From positions 1 through 64,000 of the forward strand of contig JBDHAB010000004.1 in assembly GCA_039588295.1 (NCBI GenBank): a stretch of 64,000 nucleotides of DNA. Reading direction: 5' to 3'. The DNA is from Gemmatimonadota bacterium (GTDB lineage Bacteria > Gemmatimonadota > Gemmatimonadetes > Gemmatimonadales > GWC2-71-9). Below the pieces are notes generated by a model, which did no database searches, was not told the origin of the DNA, and saw nothing but the letters and a program-made list of their open reading frames with translations. Of the stretch, positions 20,923 to 31,481 are shown in pieces. Made by a program: the position numbers and the translations under genes. Within the stretch, counting starts at the first letter, position 1; each line of letters starts with the position of its first letter.

Positions 20923-21044
20923 GAGCGAGCATACCCAGCCGGACGCCGCGAGCCGGAGGAGTCGCGGTGCGCACGATGACGCGTCGGGACGCGTCGACGG
21001 GACGGAAATGGGGCGTATCCGGAGTTGCAGCGACTATGACGCCG

Positions 21045-21983
21045 TCAGTCGACGATGACCCGGTTCGGGAAGATGAAGTCTTTCGGATTGACGCGCCTGC
21101 GGTTCACGAGCACCTCGTAGTGCAAGTGTGGACCCGTGGCCGTACCCGTCTTTCCAACCTCGGCGATCTTGTCACCGCGCTCCACCCGTTCGCCGACCTG
21201 TACGACCGTGCGCGAACAGTGGGCGTAAAACGTCTGCACCCCATAGCCATGGTCGACGGTCACCGTCTTGCCGTAACCCGCCACTGTGCGTACCTCGGCG
21301 ATCCGTCCGTTGGCCGGGGCCAGGATCGCCGTCCCATGCGGGGCGTACACGTCGATGCCAGGGTGCGGTCGCGGTTCGTTGTAGATCGGGTGCATCCGGA
21401 TGTTGGCGTACGGGCTCGTGAACCACCCGACGGACGGCGGGATCGGTGAGATCGAGGGCGTGCGCCGGAGTTGGTCCGTGTGGCTTTCGAGTGAGTCCAC
21501 CGCCTCGATGTATGAGCCGGCGAGCAGATTGGCCCGGCGGATGTAATTGTCGAGTTCGGTGCGGAAGCTGATGGCCGCCCGTCCCTCCGGAGCCTCCGCC
21601 AGGAGCTCCTCACGAGGCGTCCAGGTTCCAGCCGGTCCACCGACACCGGCGAGCTGCACGTCGGGGTCGGTCGGCTCGAGTCCCGCCAGGAGGCGGACCA
21701 ACTGGTCGCGCTCGGTGATCACGGCGATGGAGTCACCCAATCCGGCCAGCCGGCGCTGGGCTCGGTCGAGGTCTTGGCTCAGGATGTCGTTGCGACGTTC
21801 CAAACGATCCAGCCGTGACAGGTCGACGGCTCGGTTGATCGTCGCATAGGCAAACACGACCGTCGCCACCGCCACCACTCCCACCGCCACGCTCAGAATT
21901 CGGAGCTTGATGGGGGAGATGCTGACGGAGCGAGATTCACCCGCACCGTGCGGCACAAGCACGATTGTCCACTTCTGCGCCAT
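21045..21983 (-). CDS. M23-family metallopeptidase
   Basis: HPGID, GYGKTVTVDHG, YAHC, GPHLHYEV; N-terminal TM and coiled-coil. Confidence 0.95.
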   Translation of the reverse strand: MAQKWTIVLVPHGAGESRSVSISPIKLRILSVAVGVVAVATVVFAYATINRAVDLSRLDRLERRNDILSQDLDRAQRRLAGLGDSIAVITERDQLVRLLAGLEPTDPDVQLAGVGGPAGTWTPREELLAEAPEGRAAISFRTELDNYIRRANLLAGSYIEAVDSLESHTDQLRRTPSISPIPPSVGWFTSPYANIRMHPIYNEPRPHPGIDVYAPHGTAILAPANGRIAEVRTVAGYGKTVTVDHGYGVQTFYAHCSRTVVQVGERVERGDKIAEVGKTGTATGPHLHYEVLVNRRRVNPKDFIFPNRVIVD

Positions 21984-22147
21984 CAGCCGTCCCAGGCTGG
22001 ACGTCAAACTCCGCTCGGGACCGTTACCGTCCCGGTGCCTCGCCCCGGATACGAGGGTGGGCGAGTTAGCCGCAAAAAAAATAGACTGTTGGAACTTGGG
22101 CTGTCAACTACAAATATCACAAATGTAACTTCTTGTAAATCAAACAC

Positions 22148-23665
22148 TTAACTCGAGAGAGCGTGTTTGGGAAACAGCGGCGGGAGCTGGACCGTGGATC
22201 GCCCCCCTGTGGGGGGACGCTCTAGCGCGTCCCACTGCGCTTCGGAGACCTGGCCAACGAGCCCCAGCGCCTCCCACACCTGCTGGGTTTTGACCGGTGC
22301 GAACGGACTGATCATGAGCGTGAGTCGGGCGATCGCCCGTGCCAGCGCCCCGAGGGTTTCCTCCAACTCGGTCGTGTCTCCCCGCTTGGCGAGTGTCCAC
22401 GGTGCCCGCTCTTCGACGAACCCGTTGGCTCGGTCGACCAGCTTCCACGCCTGCTCGGCTCCCTCGTGCAAGTGGTGGTCGTCCATGGCGTTGCGGTAGG
22501 CGGCAATGAGCGCATCGCCGGCACCATCGAGCGGAGTGGGCTCCGTCGAGTCCGGGATGGTGCCACCGAGATACCGGCCGATCATCGCGAGCACCCGGCT
22601 GACGAGGTTCCCGTAGCCGTCGGCCAGGTCGGCGGTGTAGCGCGCGTCGAACCGCTCCCAGGTGAAATTGCCATCCGCGTTCCACGGTACCTCCCGGAGC
22701 ACGAAGTAGCGAAGCGCATCCGGCCCATGGCGATCGATGAGTCCCTGCAGCGTAACCTCGACCCCGGCGGATTTGGAGAACCGCTCTCCCCGCATGCGAA
22801 TCCACCCGTGGCACCATACCTGTCGGGGCACGTCGATCTGCGCGGCCATGAGCATGGCCGGCCACATGGCGGCGTGGAACCGTACGATGTCGGGCCCGAT
22901 GACGTGCACGTCGGCGGGCCACATGGAGGTGTACTGCTCGTCTGGGAATCCCGTGGCGGAGAGGTAATTGATCAGGGCCTCGAACCACACATACACGGTG
23001 TGGCTCGGGTCGTCAGGCCACGGGATTCCCCAGGGCACTCGGGCGCGGCTCACCGACAGGCGTTGCTCCTCGGTCCAATCCGCAACGACGTTGGCGACCT
23101 CGTTGAATTTCGCCTTGGGCTGTACGAACGTGGGGTTGGCGTCGTAGAGGTCGAGCAAGGCCTGACGGAACCGACCGATCTCGAAGAAGTAGTTGGGCTC
23201 CTCCACCCATTTGACCTCGCGCGTCGGGTGCAACGGACAGCGTCCGTCTTCGAGGTCCTTGTCCAGCTTGAAGGCCTCGCAACCGACGCAGTAGAGACCG
23301 GCGTACGTGCCCTCCGAGAGGTGTCCCGCCTTCTTGATCCTGCGAAACAGCTCTTCGACCGATCGCCGATGGCGTGGCTCCGTGGTACGGATGAAGTCGG
23401 TGTGGCTGATCGACAGTTCGGTCCATGCGGTGCGAAACGCCGCCGCAATGCCATCCACCCACTCGTGTGGATCGGTGTTGGCCTCCTCGGCGGCCTGGGC
23501 CACCTTCTGCCCGTGCTCGTCCATCCCGACGACGAAGTGCACGCGATGTCCGCGAAGTCGACGATAACGCGCGACGCAGTCGGCGCCGATCTTCTCGTAG
23601 GCGTGCCCGAGGTGCGGCTCGCCATTGGAGTAGTCGATGGCCGTCGTGATGTAGTAGCTGGTCAT
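22148..23665 (-). CDS. metG: Methionine--tRNA ligase
   Basis: HLGH; GMDEHGQKV; YCVGCE; YVWFEALINY; RFSKS in place of KMSKS. Confidence 0.97.
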   Translation of the reverse strand: MTSYYITTAIDYSNGEPHLGHAYEKIGADCVARYRRLRGHRVHFVVGMDEHGQKVAQAAEEANTDPHEWVDGIAAAFRTAWTELSISHTDFIRTTEPRHRRSVEELFRRIKKAGHLSEGTYAGLYCVGCEAFKLDKDLEDGRCPLHPTREVKWVEEPNYFFEIGRFRQALLDLYDANPTFVQPKAKFNEVANVVADWTEEQRLSVSRARVPWGIPWPDDPSHTVYVWFEALINYLSATGFPDEQYTSMWPADVHVIGPDIVRFHAAMWPAMLMAAQIDVPRQVWCHGWIRMRGERFSKSAGVEVTLQGLIDRHGPDALRYFVLREVPWNADGNFTWERFDARYTADLADGYGNLVSRVLAMIGRYLGGTIPDSTEPTPLDGAGDALIAAYRNAMDDHHLHEGAEQAWKLVDRANGFVEERAPWTLAKRGDTTELEETLGALARAIARLTLMISPFAPVKTQQVWEALGLVGQVSEAQWDALERPPTGGRSTVQLPPLFPKHALSS

Positions 23666-24717
23666 CCCTGCTTGCTGTCCGGGTCGTCGGATCGATTCGT
23701 CGGCGGGTTGCCGCGATTCCCGGACCGGCCACGGCGCCGGCGCCGGCGCCGCTTACGGGGCGACACCGCTCGCACGGCCTGCTCGGTCGTGACCTTGGCA
23801 TCGACTGGCTGCTGGGGTTTGGCGGGTTCTCCCGGGGCCGGTACCGGCTCGGGGGAGGGGCCTTCCCCGGCAGCGACTTCACGCTTGAGCTCCGCGAGCT
23901 GCACTGTTCGGGTCGTGAGGTCTTCCGCCCGCAGCAGGACCCGCTCGCGGAAGATATCAACGGCCTCGACGGTCTCCCTCCCGCGCGCAGTGCGCAACGC
24001 ACGCCCGAGCTTCGGGAACCGCTTGCGCGCGTTGACGTAGAACTCGTGCTCGTAGCGCAAGCAGCACAGCAGGCGACCGCATCCCCCCGAAATTTGGGTT
24101 GGGTTGAGGGAGAGTTGCTGGTCCTTGGCCAGGGAGAGACTCACCGGCCGGAGCTCGGGAAGCCACGACGAGCAGCAGAACTGACGGCCGCAACGGCCGA
24201 CGCCATCCAGTCGGCGGGATTCGTCGCGGGCCCCGATCTGGCGCAACTCGATGCGCGTGCGGAACAGGCTGGCCAGATCCCGCACGAGGGCGCGGAAATC
24301 CACGCGCTTGTCGGCCGTGAAATACACCGTGAGCTTCTTGCGGTCCCACTGCCACTCGGTGTCGGACACCTTCATCTGGAGCGCGTGGGCGCGCGCCCGC
24401 TCCAGCACCTTGCGCCGGACGTCTTCCTCGGCGTGACGGAGCTGCTCGCCGAGGTACGCCTCCTGTGGGGAGGCTTGCCGTAGTACCGCGCCCTTGGCTT
24501 CGATCGGTTCGCCGGCGGGGCATCCGTCGCACCCGACTCCACACTTACGCTCCGCAATCGCGCCAACCGCGGACACGTAGCCCAGGTCCTCCCCACGCTC
24601 GGCGGGGACTACAACGGGATCTCCCACCGCGAGATCGGTGTCCTGATTCCAGGCATAGAACTCGCGGCGGTTCCCCTTGAACCGCACCTCGACGACGGTC
24701 ACGTCAGCCCTCGGCAA
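23662..24717 (-). CDS. ricT: PSP1/RicT (YaaT)-family protein
   Basis: YFTADKRVDFRALV..RIELRQIGARDE; CGRQFCC; GGCGRLLCCLRYE. Confidence 0.93.
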   Translation of the reverse strand: MPRADVTVVEVRFKGNRREFYAWNQDTDLAVGDPVVVPAERGEDLGYVSAVGAIAERKCGVGCDGCPAGEPIEAKGAVLRQASPQEAYLGEQLRHAEEDVRRKVLERARAHALQMKVSDTEWQWDRKKLTVYFTADKRVDFRALVRDLASLFRTRIELRQIGARDESRRLDGVGRCGRQFCCSSWLPELRPVSLSLAKDQQLSLNPTQISGGCGRLLCCLRYEHEFYVNARKRFPKLGRALRTARGRETVEAVDIFRERVLLRAEDLTTRTVQLAELKREVAAGEGPSPEPVPAPGEPAKPQQPVDAKVTTEQAVRAVSPRKRRRRRRRGRSGNRGNPPTNRSDDPDSKQG

Positions 24718-25669
24718 ATTGGCCGATGCGCCGGTACTTGTCGGTCCGGAGGTCGAGGCGTTCCTCCTCCGTTATCGCGCAAAGTTCGTCCACGTGCCTC
24801 GTCAGCGCCGATCCGAGCGCGGTCGCGGCAGCGTCCGGGTCCGCATGGGCACCGCCCGGTGGTTCCGGAATGATCTCGTCGATCACGCCGAGACGCTGCA
24901 GATCGGTCGCCGTGAGTTTGAGCGCTTCCGCTGCCCGCTCCTTCTGGGTCGCGTCGTTCCACAGAATTGCCGCGCATCCCTCCGGTGAAATCACTGAGTA
25001 GATCGCGTTCTCCATCATCAACAGCCGGTCGGCGAGCCCCAGCGCCAGGGCACCGCCGGAACCGCCCTCACCGATGACGGCGGCGACGATCGGTGTCCTC
25101 AGGGCTGCCATCTCCTCGAGGTTGCGTGCGATGGCCTCCGCCTGCCCTCGCTCCTCGGCGCCGAGGCCGGCCCACGCTCCTGGGGTGTCGATGAGGGTGA
25201 TGACCGGTGCGTCGAACCGCTCCGCCATGTGCATCATGCGGAGCGCCTTACGGTATCCCTCCGGGTGCGCCATGCCGAAGTTGCGCCGGAGGTTCTCCTT
25301 GGTGTTGCGTCCCTTCTGGTGACCGATCACCACGACGGGACGCTCAGCCAGGCGCGCCCACCCGCAGACAATGGCCGGATCGTCTCGGAACAGTCGGTCG
25401 CCCTTGAGTTCCACGAAGTCCGTGAACACCGTACGGATGTAATCGAGGGAGAACGGACGGCGCGGATGCCGCGCAACCAGCACGCGCTGCATCGGTGTCA
25501 GATTGCGGTAGATCTCTCGTCTGAGGTCCGCGAGCTTCGCCTCGAGCGGCGTGATCTCACTCTGCACGTCGAGCCGACGATCGGTCGCCATGTGCTGGAG
25601 GCTCTCGATCTGACGCTCGAGCTCGACGATCGGTCGCTCGAAGTCCAAGCCAATGCCGTTGCTAGCCAT
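24704..25669 (-). CDS. accA: Acetyl-CoA carboxylase carboxyltransferase alpha
   Basis: LDFERPI; ARHPRRP; GHQKGR; DTPGA; GEGGSGGALA; SVISPEGCAAILW. Confidence 0.98.
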   Translation of the reverse strand: MASNGIGLDFERPIVELERQIESLQHMATDRRLDVQSEITPLEAKLADLRREIYRNLTPMQRVLVARHPRRPFSLDYIRTVFTDFVELKGDRLFRDDPAIVCGWARLAERPVVVIGHQKGRNTKENLRRNFGMAHPEGYRKALRMMHMAERFDAPVITLIDTPGAWAGLGAEERGQAEAIARNLEEMAALRTPIVAAVIGEGGSGGALALGLADRLLMMENAIYSVISPEGCAAILWNDATQKERAAEALKLTATDLQRLGVIDEIIPEPPGGAHADPDAAATALGSALTRHVDELCAITEEERLDLRTDKYRRIGQFAEG

Positions 25670-25675
25670 ACACTC

Positions 25676-28600
25676 CTATAGGGCTTTGACCAGATGCACG
25701 CAATCCGTGCCCAGGATCTCGCGCAGCGCCTTGAGGAACTCGTCGTCCAGTGCGACCGCCAGCCGGCGGGCACGGAGCTCGGCCGTGACGCCGTTGCCGT
25801 CGCTCCACCGCACGAACACCGGTGCCGATCCGGGATGCGCTGCACAAAGGGCCTTGACGGCCCGCGAGGCATTGGGATCCGGTCCCTGTCCCACTTTCCA
25901 CTCCAACGCTACCCCGACCGCCCCTGAGGACTTGAGGCCTGCCAATGGGTTTGCCTCCTCAACGATAAAGGGGGCGCGGTCTTCATCTCGGTCCCGCGCG
26001 CTGTAGCCACCGGTCAGGAGCAAGGCGGCATCGGGCACGATGATTTGTGCGAGGCGCCCCCAGGTTTCGGGGAACACGATGGCTTCCGCGGTGCCGTGAA
26101 AATCTTCGAGCGTGAGTCGCGCGTACTCCGCCCCGGTCTTGCGACTGATTCTCCGCTTCACCGCTGTGATCACCACAGCCGTGTGCACCCGATGCTCGCT
26201 CCACGTACCCAGCGTTGCGGTGGTCCGCGTGCCGAAGAGATGGACCTCCTCCCGGTATCGGTCGAGCGGATGGCCCGAGATGAAGAAGCCAACGACCTCC
26301 TTCTCCTTCGCCAGCCGCTCGCCCTCGGTCCACGGCGGGACGTCCGGCAGTGGATGCTCACCCGTCACCGGCGATGCCTGCGTCGCATCGCCGAACAGGG
26401 ACGCTTGACCGGACTCGCGCTCCGCCTGCCGCAACTGTGCCTCGTGCAGGGCATGGTCGAGTCCGGTGATCCACTGGGCGCGATGGCCGTCGAGTTGGTC
26501 CAATGCCCCCGCGGCGACGAGCGACTCGACCACGCGTTTGTTGCACAGCCGCAGGTCGATGCGCTCACAGAAATCGGTGAGAGACGTGTACGGCCCTCCT
26601 GATTCGCGCCCGGCAATGATGGACTCGATTGCGCCCCGGCCGACGTGCCGTACGGCCCCCAAGCCGAAGCGGACCTGTTGGTCCCCGATCACGGTGAACT
26701 TCCACCCGGACTCGTTGACCGAGGGCGGCAGCACATCCAGACCCATTTCGCGCGCCTCGTTGATGTAGGCGACCACCTTGTCGGTGCCACCGATCTCCGA
26801 CGAGAGCAGCGAGGCCATGAACTCGGCCGGGTAGTGGACTTTGAGCCATGCCGTCTGGAACGACAAGATGCTGTAGGCCACCGAATGGGACTTGTTGAAT
26901 CCGTAGCGGCCGAACGTCTGGATCTGGGCGGCGATATCTTCGACCACGCGGCGCTGATGCCCCCGGAGCAGGCAGCGCTCGATGAACCGCTCCAACTCGC
27001 TCTCGACGAGATCCTGGTCTTTCTTCCCAACGGCTTTTCGGAGCACATCCGCTTCGGCAAGCGAGAAGCCCGCGAGCACGTAAGGGATGCGCATCACCTG
27101 CTCTTGATACAGGATCACGCCGTAGGTCGGCGCGAGGATCTCCTTGAGGCTCGGGTGCGGGTACCGCACGGCTTCTTCGCCGCGCTTGCGCCGCGTGTAC
27201 ACCTGATACATGCCCGAGTCGAGCGGCCCGGGGCGCATCAGCGCGTTCGTCGCCACCAGATCGTCAAATCGGTCGACCCGCAACTGCCGCAACATGTCGG
27301 TGGCCAGCGGTGACTCGAACTGGAATACCCCTGCCGTGTGCCCGTCACGCAACAGCTCGTAGACCTGCGGGTCCCCGAGGTCGAGTCCGTCGAGATCGAT
27401 TTCCTCCCCATGGCGATCGCGGATCATCTGCACGGCATCGTGGAGCACCGTGAGTGTCTTGAGGCCCAAGAAATCCATCTTCAACATGCCAACCTTCTCG
27501 AGGCTGATCATGTCGTATTGGGTGATGATCGCATCGTCGCCGTTTGCCGTTGCGCCCGAATTGCGTTGCGGCGGTGTGCAAACCGGCACGTACTCGTCGA
27601 GCGGCCCCGGGGCGATCACGATGCCCGCGGCGTGCACGGAGGCGTGCCGCGCGAGCCCTTCGATCCGCTGTGCGAGGTCGACGAGCCGCTGAAACGTGTC
27701 GTTGCTACGCACGAGCTGCTCGAGCTCGGGGACCCGTTTGACCGCCTCCGCCACGGAGAGCTGGTAGCCCGGCCCCGACGGAATCAGCTTGGCGATCCTG
27801 TCGGCGTCAGTCGGCCCGACACCGAGGACCCGTGCGATATCCCGAACGGCGGCGCGCGCCTTGAGCGTCCCAAAGGTGATGATCTGTCCGACGCTCGTCT
27901 TGCCGTAGCGCTCGCGGACGTAGTCGATCACCTCGCCACGACGCTCGAAGCAGAAGTCCACATCGATGTCCGGCATGGAGATCCGCTCGGGGTTGAGGAA
28001 CCGCTCGAACAGCAGGTCGAACTCGAGGGGGTCCACGCCGGTGATCCTGAGCGCGTAGGCGACCAGGGATCCGGCCGCCGAGCCGCGTCCGGGCCCGACC
28101 GGAATGCCGAGCTCCCGCGCGGCTCGGATGAAGTCGTGCACGATCAGGAAATAGCCCGCGTAGCCCGTGGTGGTGATGACGTCCAGCTCGTAGCGGAGCC
28201 GCTCCTGCACCCGGTCGGGCAGCGGATCGCCGTAGCGTTCCTTCGCGCCGGTCGTCGCCAACTCGATCAATAACTGGTCGTTGGAGTCGTATCCGGCGGG
28301 CCGCGGGAACTCCGGAAGGAAATACTGTTTTTCAAACTCGAACTCGCACAGGTCGGCGACACGCTGCGTGTTCTCCAGTACCTCCACTCGATCGGGGAAC
28401 AGTTCGGCCATCTCGGCTTCCGACTTCACATAGCTCTCGGAGCCCTGAAACCGGAACCGGTTGGGATCGTCGAGGTCCTTCCCCGTCCCAATGGCAAGCA
28501 GGCAGTCATGTGCCTCATGATCGGCCCGCTCGAGGTAGTGGGCGTCGTTGGTCGCGACCACCGGGAGCCCGAGATCCTCCGCGAGCCTGAACATGCCCTC

Positions 28601-29164
28601 CCGCACGACCTGCTCCTCGGAGAGGCCGTGGTTCTGGACTTCGAGCCAGAACCGATCGGTGCCGAACGTCTGGGCAAACCACTCGGCGGACCGTCGGGCC
28701 TCCTCGTAATTCCCCTGTCGCAGCCAGAGCGAGATTTCGCCGGAGAGGCACGCCGCCAGTCCCACGAGGCCTTCGACATGCGCGGCCAGGATCTCCTTGT
28801 CGATGCGGGGGCGGCGGTAGTACCCCTCCAGGTACCCGATCGAGGAGAGCTTGACGAGGTTGTGATATCCCGCCCGGTTACGGGCGAGGAGCACGAGGTG
28901 CGAGTACTGGGCCGGCGCCCCCTGCGGGCGCTCCCGGGCCTGGCGGGGTCCAAACGCCAGGTAGGCTTCACACCCGAGGATGGGGCGGATTCCGGCCGCC
29001 CTGGCCTGCTCGTAGAAGGTGTACGCGGCGTGAAGATTGCCGTGATCCGTGATGGCGAGGCTGTCCATCCCCAGCTCCGACACACGCGCCACGAGATCCG
29101 CGATGCGGTTCGCGCCGTCTAAGAGCGAGAACTCCGAGTGGGTATGGAGGTGTACGAACGCCAT
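25676..29164 (-). CDS. dnaE: DNA polymerase III alpha subunit
   Basis: FVHLHTHSEFSLLDG; GPGRGSAAGS; MPDIDVDF; YGFNKSHS. Confidence 0.99.
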   Translation of the reverse strand: MAFVHLHTHSEFSLLDGANRIADLVARVSELGMDSLAITDHGNLHAAYTFYEQARAAGIRPILGCEAYLAFGPRQARERPQGAPAQYSHLVLLARNRAGYHNLVKLSSIGYLEGYYRRPRIDKEILAAHVEGLVGLAACLSGEISLWLRQGNYEEARRSAEWFAQTFGTDRFWLEVQNHGLSEEQVVREGMFRLAEDLGLPVVATNDAHYLERADHEAHDCLLAIGTGKDLDDPNRFRFQGSESYVKSEAEMAELFPDRVEVLENTQRVADLCEFEFEKQYFLPEFPRPAGYDSNDQLLIELATTGAKERYGDPLPDRVQERLRYELDVITTTGYAGYFLIVHDFIRAARELGIPVGPGRGSAAGSLVAYALRITGVDPLEFDLLFERFLNPERISMPDIDVDFCFERRGEVIDYVRERYGKTSVGQIITFGTLKARAAVRDIARVLGVGPTDADRIAKLIPSGPGYQLSVAEAVKRVPELEQLVRSNDTFQRLVDLAQRIEGLARHASVHAAGIVIAPGPLDEYVPVCTPPQRNSGATANGDDAIITQYDMISLEKVGMLKMDFLGLKTLTVLHDAVQMIRDRHGEEIDLDGLDLGDPQVYELLRDGHTAGVFQFESPLATDMLRQLRVDRFDDLVATNALMRPGPLDSGMYQVYTRRKRGEEAVRYPHPSLKEILAPTYGVILYQEQVMRIPYVLAGFSLAEADVLRKAVGKKDQDLVESELERFIERCLLRGHQRRVVEDIAAQIQTFGRYGFNKSHSVAYSILSFQTAWLKVHYPAEFMASLLSSEIGGTDKVVAYINEAREMGLDVLPPSVNESGWKFTVIGDQQVRFGLGAVRHVGRGAIESIIAGRESGGPYTSLTDFCERIDLRLCNKRVVESLVAAGALDQLDGHRAQWITGLDHALHEAQLRQAERESGQASLFGDATQASPVTGEHPLPDVPPWTEGERLAKEKEVVGFFISGHPLDRYREEVHLFGTRTTATLGTWSEHRVHTAVVITAVKRRISRKTGAEYARLTLEDFHGTAEAIVFPETWGRLAQIIVPDAALLLTGGYSARDRDEDRAPFIVEEANPLAGLKSSGAVGVALEWKVGQGPDPNASRAVKALCAAHPGSAPVFVRWSDGNGVTAELRARRLAVALDDEFLKALREILGTDCVHLVKAL

Positions 29165-29300
29165 GGAGGTATGGAACGTTATCCAGGCTCCACCGCGTTG
29201 TCAAAACGGTAGCGTCTACCGTATGTTCTGCACACGTCACGGCTTACGCGCCTCGGCCTCGGGGCCGTTGTTCACGAGGTGGAGACGCAGGAGGAACGCG

Positions 29301-31478
29301 TTGCACTCACGCATTCTGCTACTCGGGTTGCTGCTTGCCGCGGTTGCCTGCGGGGGTGAGCCCGATCTCCCATTCCCATCGGAGATCGCGGCCGATCAGT
29401 CGACGGACAACCAGCAGGTCTTTGCCGGTGCCCGGCTTCCGGTGCCACTGGCGGTCACCGTGACGGCGGCCGACGGCCGCCTCGTGGCCCGGGCGGAGGT
29501 CCAGTGGCGGGTGCTCGCGGGCGCGGACGTGACCGTGTCCGATTCCGTGACGGTGACCGATGGCACTGGGCGAGCGGAGGTCGACGTGACGCTCGGGTCG
29601 GTTCCCGGCGTCTTCAGCGTGCGAGCGACCCTCAAGGTGGATGAGGACAAAGCGGCCGTGTTCACGGTCGAGGGGCTGAGCCCGCCCAGTTTGACCGGCG
29701 TGATCCCCCTGACGTTCGCCGGTGGTGACACGTTGGCGCTCGCCGGACTGCTGCTGAGCGATTCGCTCACGGTCGAGATCGGGGGAGCGACCGCGCAGAC
29801 GGTTGCGGGCTCGGTCACCGAGCAGGCAATGTCGGTGGTGGTGCCCGAGTGTCTGGTGCTGGGGTCCGTGACAATCCAACTGCGTTATGCGGACTGGGTC
29901 TCGAATGGAATCGCGGGGTCGTTTCAGGCCGGGACTGATCCGGTCCTGACGCTCGAGCTGCTCGAATACGTCTCGATCGATCCGGCAGCCGTCGAGGGCT
30001 GTGCGACGTTTGGGCTGGCGCCGGGCGGAGCCCTGTACCTCCTCGTGCCACAGTCGACCGCCGCGGTGCCGGGTGCCACGGCGGACTACCGCCTCACTGG
30101 CGATTCGGCCCAGCCGACGAGCGATGCCGGACCGCGCCCGACCGGTGAACTGGATTGGTCGGCACAGTTCCACGGATTCCTTCGAGGTCAAGAGCGGGAG
30201 TTCGCCGGTCTGCCAAAGCCGGCGCCGATCTTCGACGTACCGGTCGGTGCCCCGGCCCAGATCGAAGTCGGTGACCGTCGCGAGTTCCGGGTCTGCAATA
30301 CGGTCACCTGCAGCGACGAGGACGAATTCTCACCGGTGACTGCCGAGGTGCGCTACGTCGGCACGCACGCCGCGATCTACCTCGACGTCGACGCGCCGGA
30401 CACACTCTCCACCGCGATCTTCCAGGAATTCGGCCAGACGTTCGATCAAGATCTCTATGAAGTGGCGACGCGCGCGTTTGGGGCGGAGTCCGACGTCGAT
30501 GAAAACGATCATGTGCTGATTCTCATGACGCCCGTCGTGAATCAGCTCACCCCCATCGCTCAGTGCGAGACATCCATTATCACGGGATTCTTCTTTGCGT
30601 TGGACGTCGATCCGAGTTTTCGGAACGACTCGCGGTCGAATCAGGGTGAAGTGTTCTATGCGCTGACACCCGACCCGGCTGGCACGATCTCGTGTGACCA
30701 TTCCGTCGATCGCATTCGGCGCCTGGTGCCGGTGACATTCATGCACGAGCTCCAGCACATGATTTCGTACAATCAGCACGTGCTGGTACGGCAGGGCCCA
30801 TCGGAGGTCTTGTGGCTTAACGAAGGCATGTCGCATCTCTCGGAGGAGATCGCCGCGCTGCACTTCGATGCGATGGGTGACCAAGATCGATTCTCGCAGT
30901 TCGCCGTCAGCAATCTGTTCAATGCATTCAGCTACTTGAAGGATCCGGGAGCGACGTTCGTCCTGTTCAGTGAGGGCGCCGGGTCGCTCGCCGAACGCGG
31001 CGGGTCATGGCTGCTGCTGCGGTGGCTGGTGGATCAGTTTGGTGAGGAGGTCATTCGTCGTCTCTCGGAGACGAGCCTGACGGGCGCCGCGAACATCGCC
31101 GATGCCGCGGGCGAGCCGTTCTCCCGGCTCGTGTCCGAGTGGATTCTTGCCAACTGGGTCTCGGATTCGCCGGATATCAGCCCACGCACGAATACGCCAC
31201 CGCGACTCCAGTACCGAACGTGGCAGTTCCGATCGACGTTTCAACTGCTCCACGATCAGCTCCCGGACCGGTTCGACCGTCCGTTCCCGATCGTCCCCCG
31301 CGCGTTTGTCGGAGGGTCGTTTTATGTCGTCGGGGTGCTTCGCGCCGGGTCCGGCGATTACCTCGAGGTCGAGCAGTTGGCGACGCAGGGAGGGTTCACG
31401 TTGCGCTTCCAGGATCCCACGGGCGGCCCCATCGCGACCGCGGCGGAACCGCGGCTGAACGTCATCCGGATGCGCTAG
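29301..31478 (+). CDS. Lipoprotein with Ig-like/IPT domains and a zinc-peptidase domain
   Basis: RBS AGGAGG and TTG at 29301; lipobox AVAC; VTDGTGRAEV (Big-1-like); HELQH..WLNEGMS. Confidence 0.8.
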   Translation: MHSRILLLGLLLAAVACGGEPDLPFPSEIAADQSTDNQQVFAGARLPVPLAVTVTAADGRLVARAEVQWRVLAGADVTVSDSVTVTDGTGRAEVDVTLGSVPGVFSVRATLKVDEDKAAVFTVEGLSPPSLTGVIPLTFAGGDTLALAGLLLSDSLTVEIGGATAQTVAGSVTEQAMSVVVPECLVLGSVTIQLRYADWVSNGIAGSFQAGTDPVLTLELLEYVSIDPAAVEGCATFGLAPGGALYLLVPQSTAAVPGATADYRLTGDSAQPTSDAGPRPTGELDWSAQFHGFLRGQEREFAGLPKPAPIFDVPVGAPAQIEVGDRREFRVCNTVTCSDEDEFSPVTAEVRYVGTHAAIYLDVDAPDTLSTAIFQEFGQTFDQDLYEVATRAFGAESDVDENDHVLILMTPVVNQLTPIAQCETSIITGFFFALDVDPSFRNDSRSNQGEVFYALTPDPAGTISCDHSVDRIRRLVPVTFMHELQHMISYNQHVLVRQGPSEVLWLNEGMSHLSEEIAALHFDAMGDQDRFSQFAVSNLFNAFSYLKDPGATFVLFSEGAGSLAERGGSWLLLRWLVDQFGEEVIRRLSETSLTGAANIADAAGEPFSRLVSEWILANWVSDSPDISPRTNTPPRLQYRTWQFRSTFQLLHDQLPDRFDRPFPIVPRAFVGGSFYVVGVLRAGSGDYLEVEQLATQGGFTLRFQDPTGGPIATAAEPRLNVIRMR

Positions 31479-31481
31479 CCC

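Noticed and set aside
22466..24040. Long antisense ORFs (also 13004-14176, 38885-40543, 49271-50956 and others)
   Set aside because: Mirror frames of high-GC housekeeping genes with no recognisable motifs.
25676..29164. Intein or split in dnaE
   Set aside because: Normal length (1162 aa) with continuous motifs; no intein signatures seen.
29049..29300. N-terminal overlap of the peptidase ORF with dnaE
   Set aside because: A strong RBS and signal peptide support the TTG at 29301.
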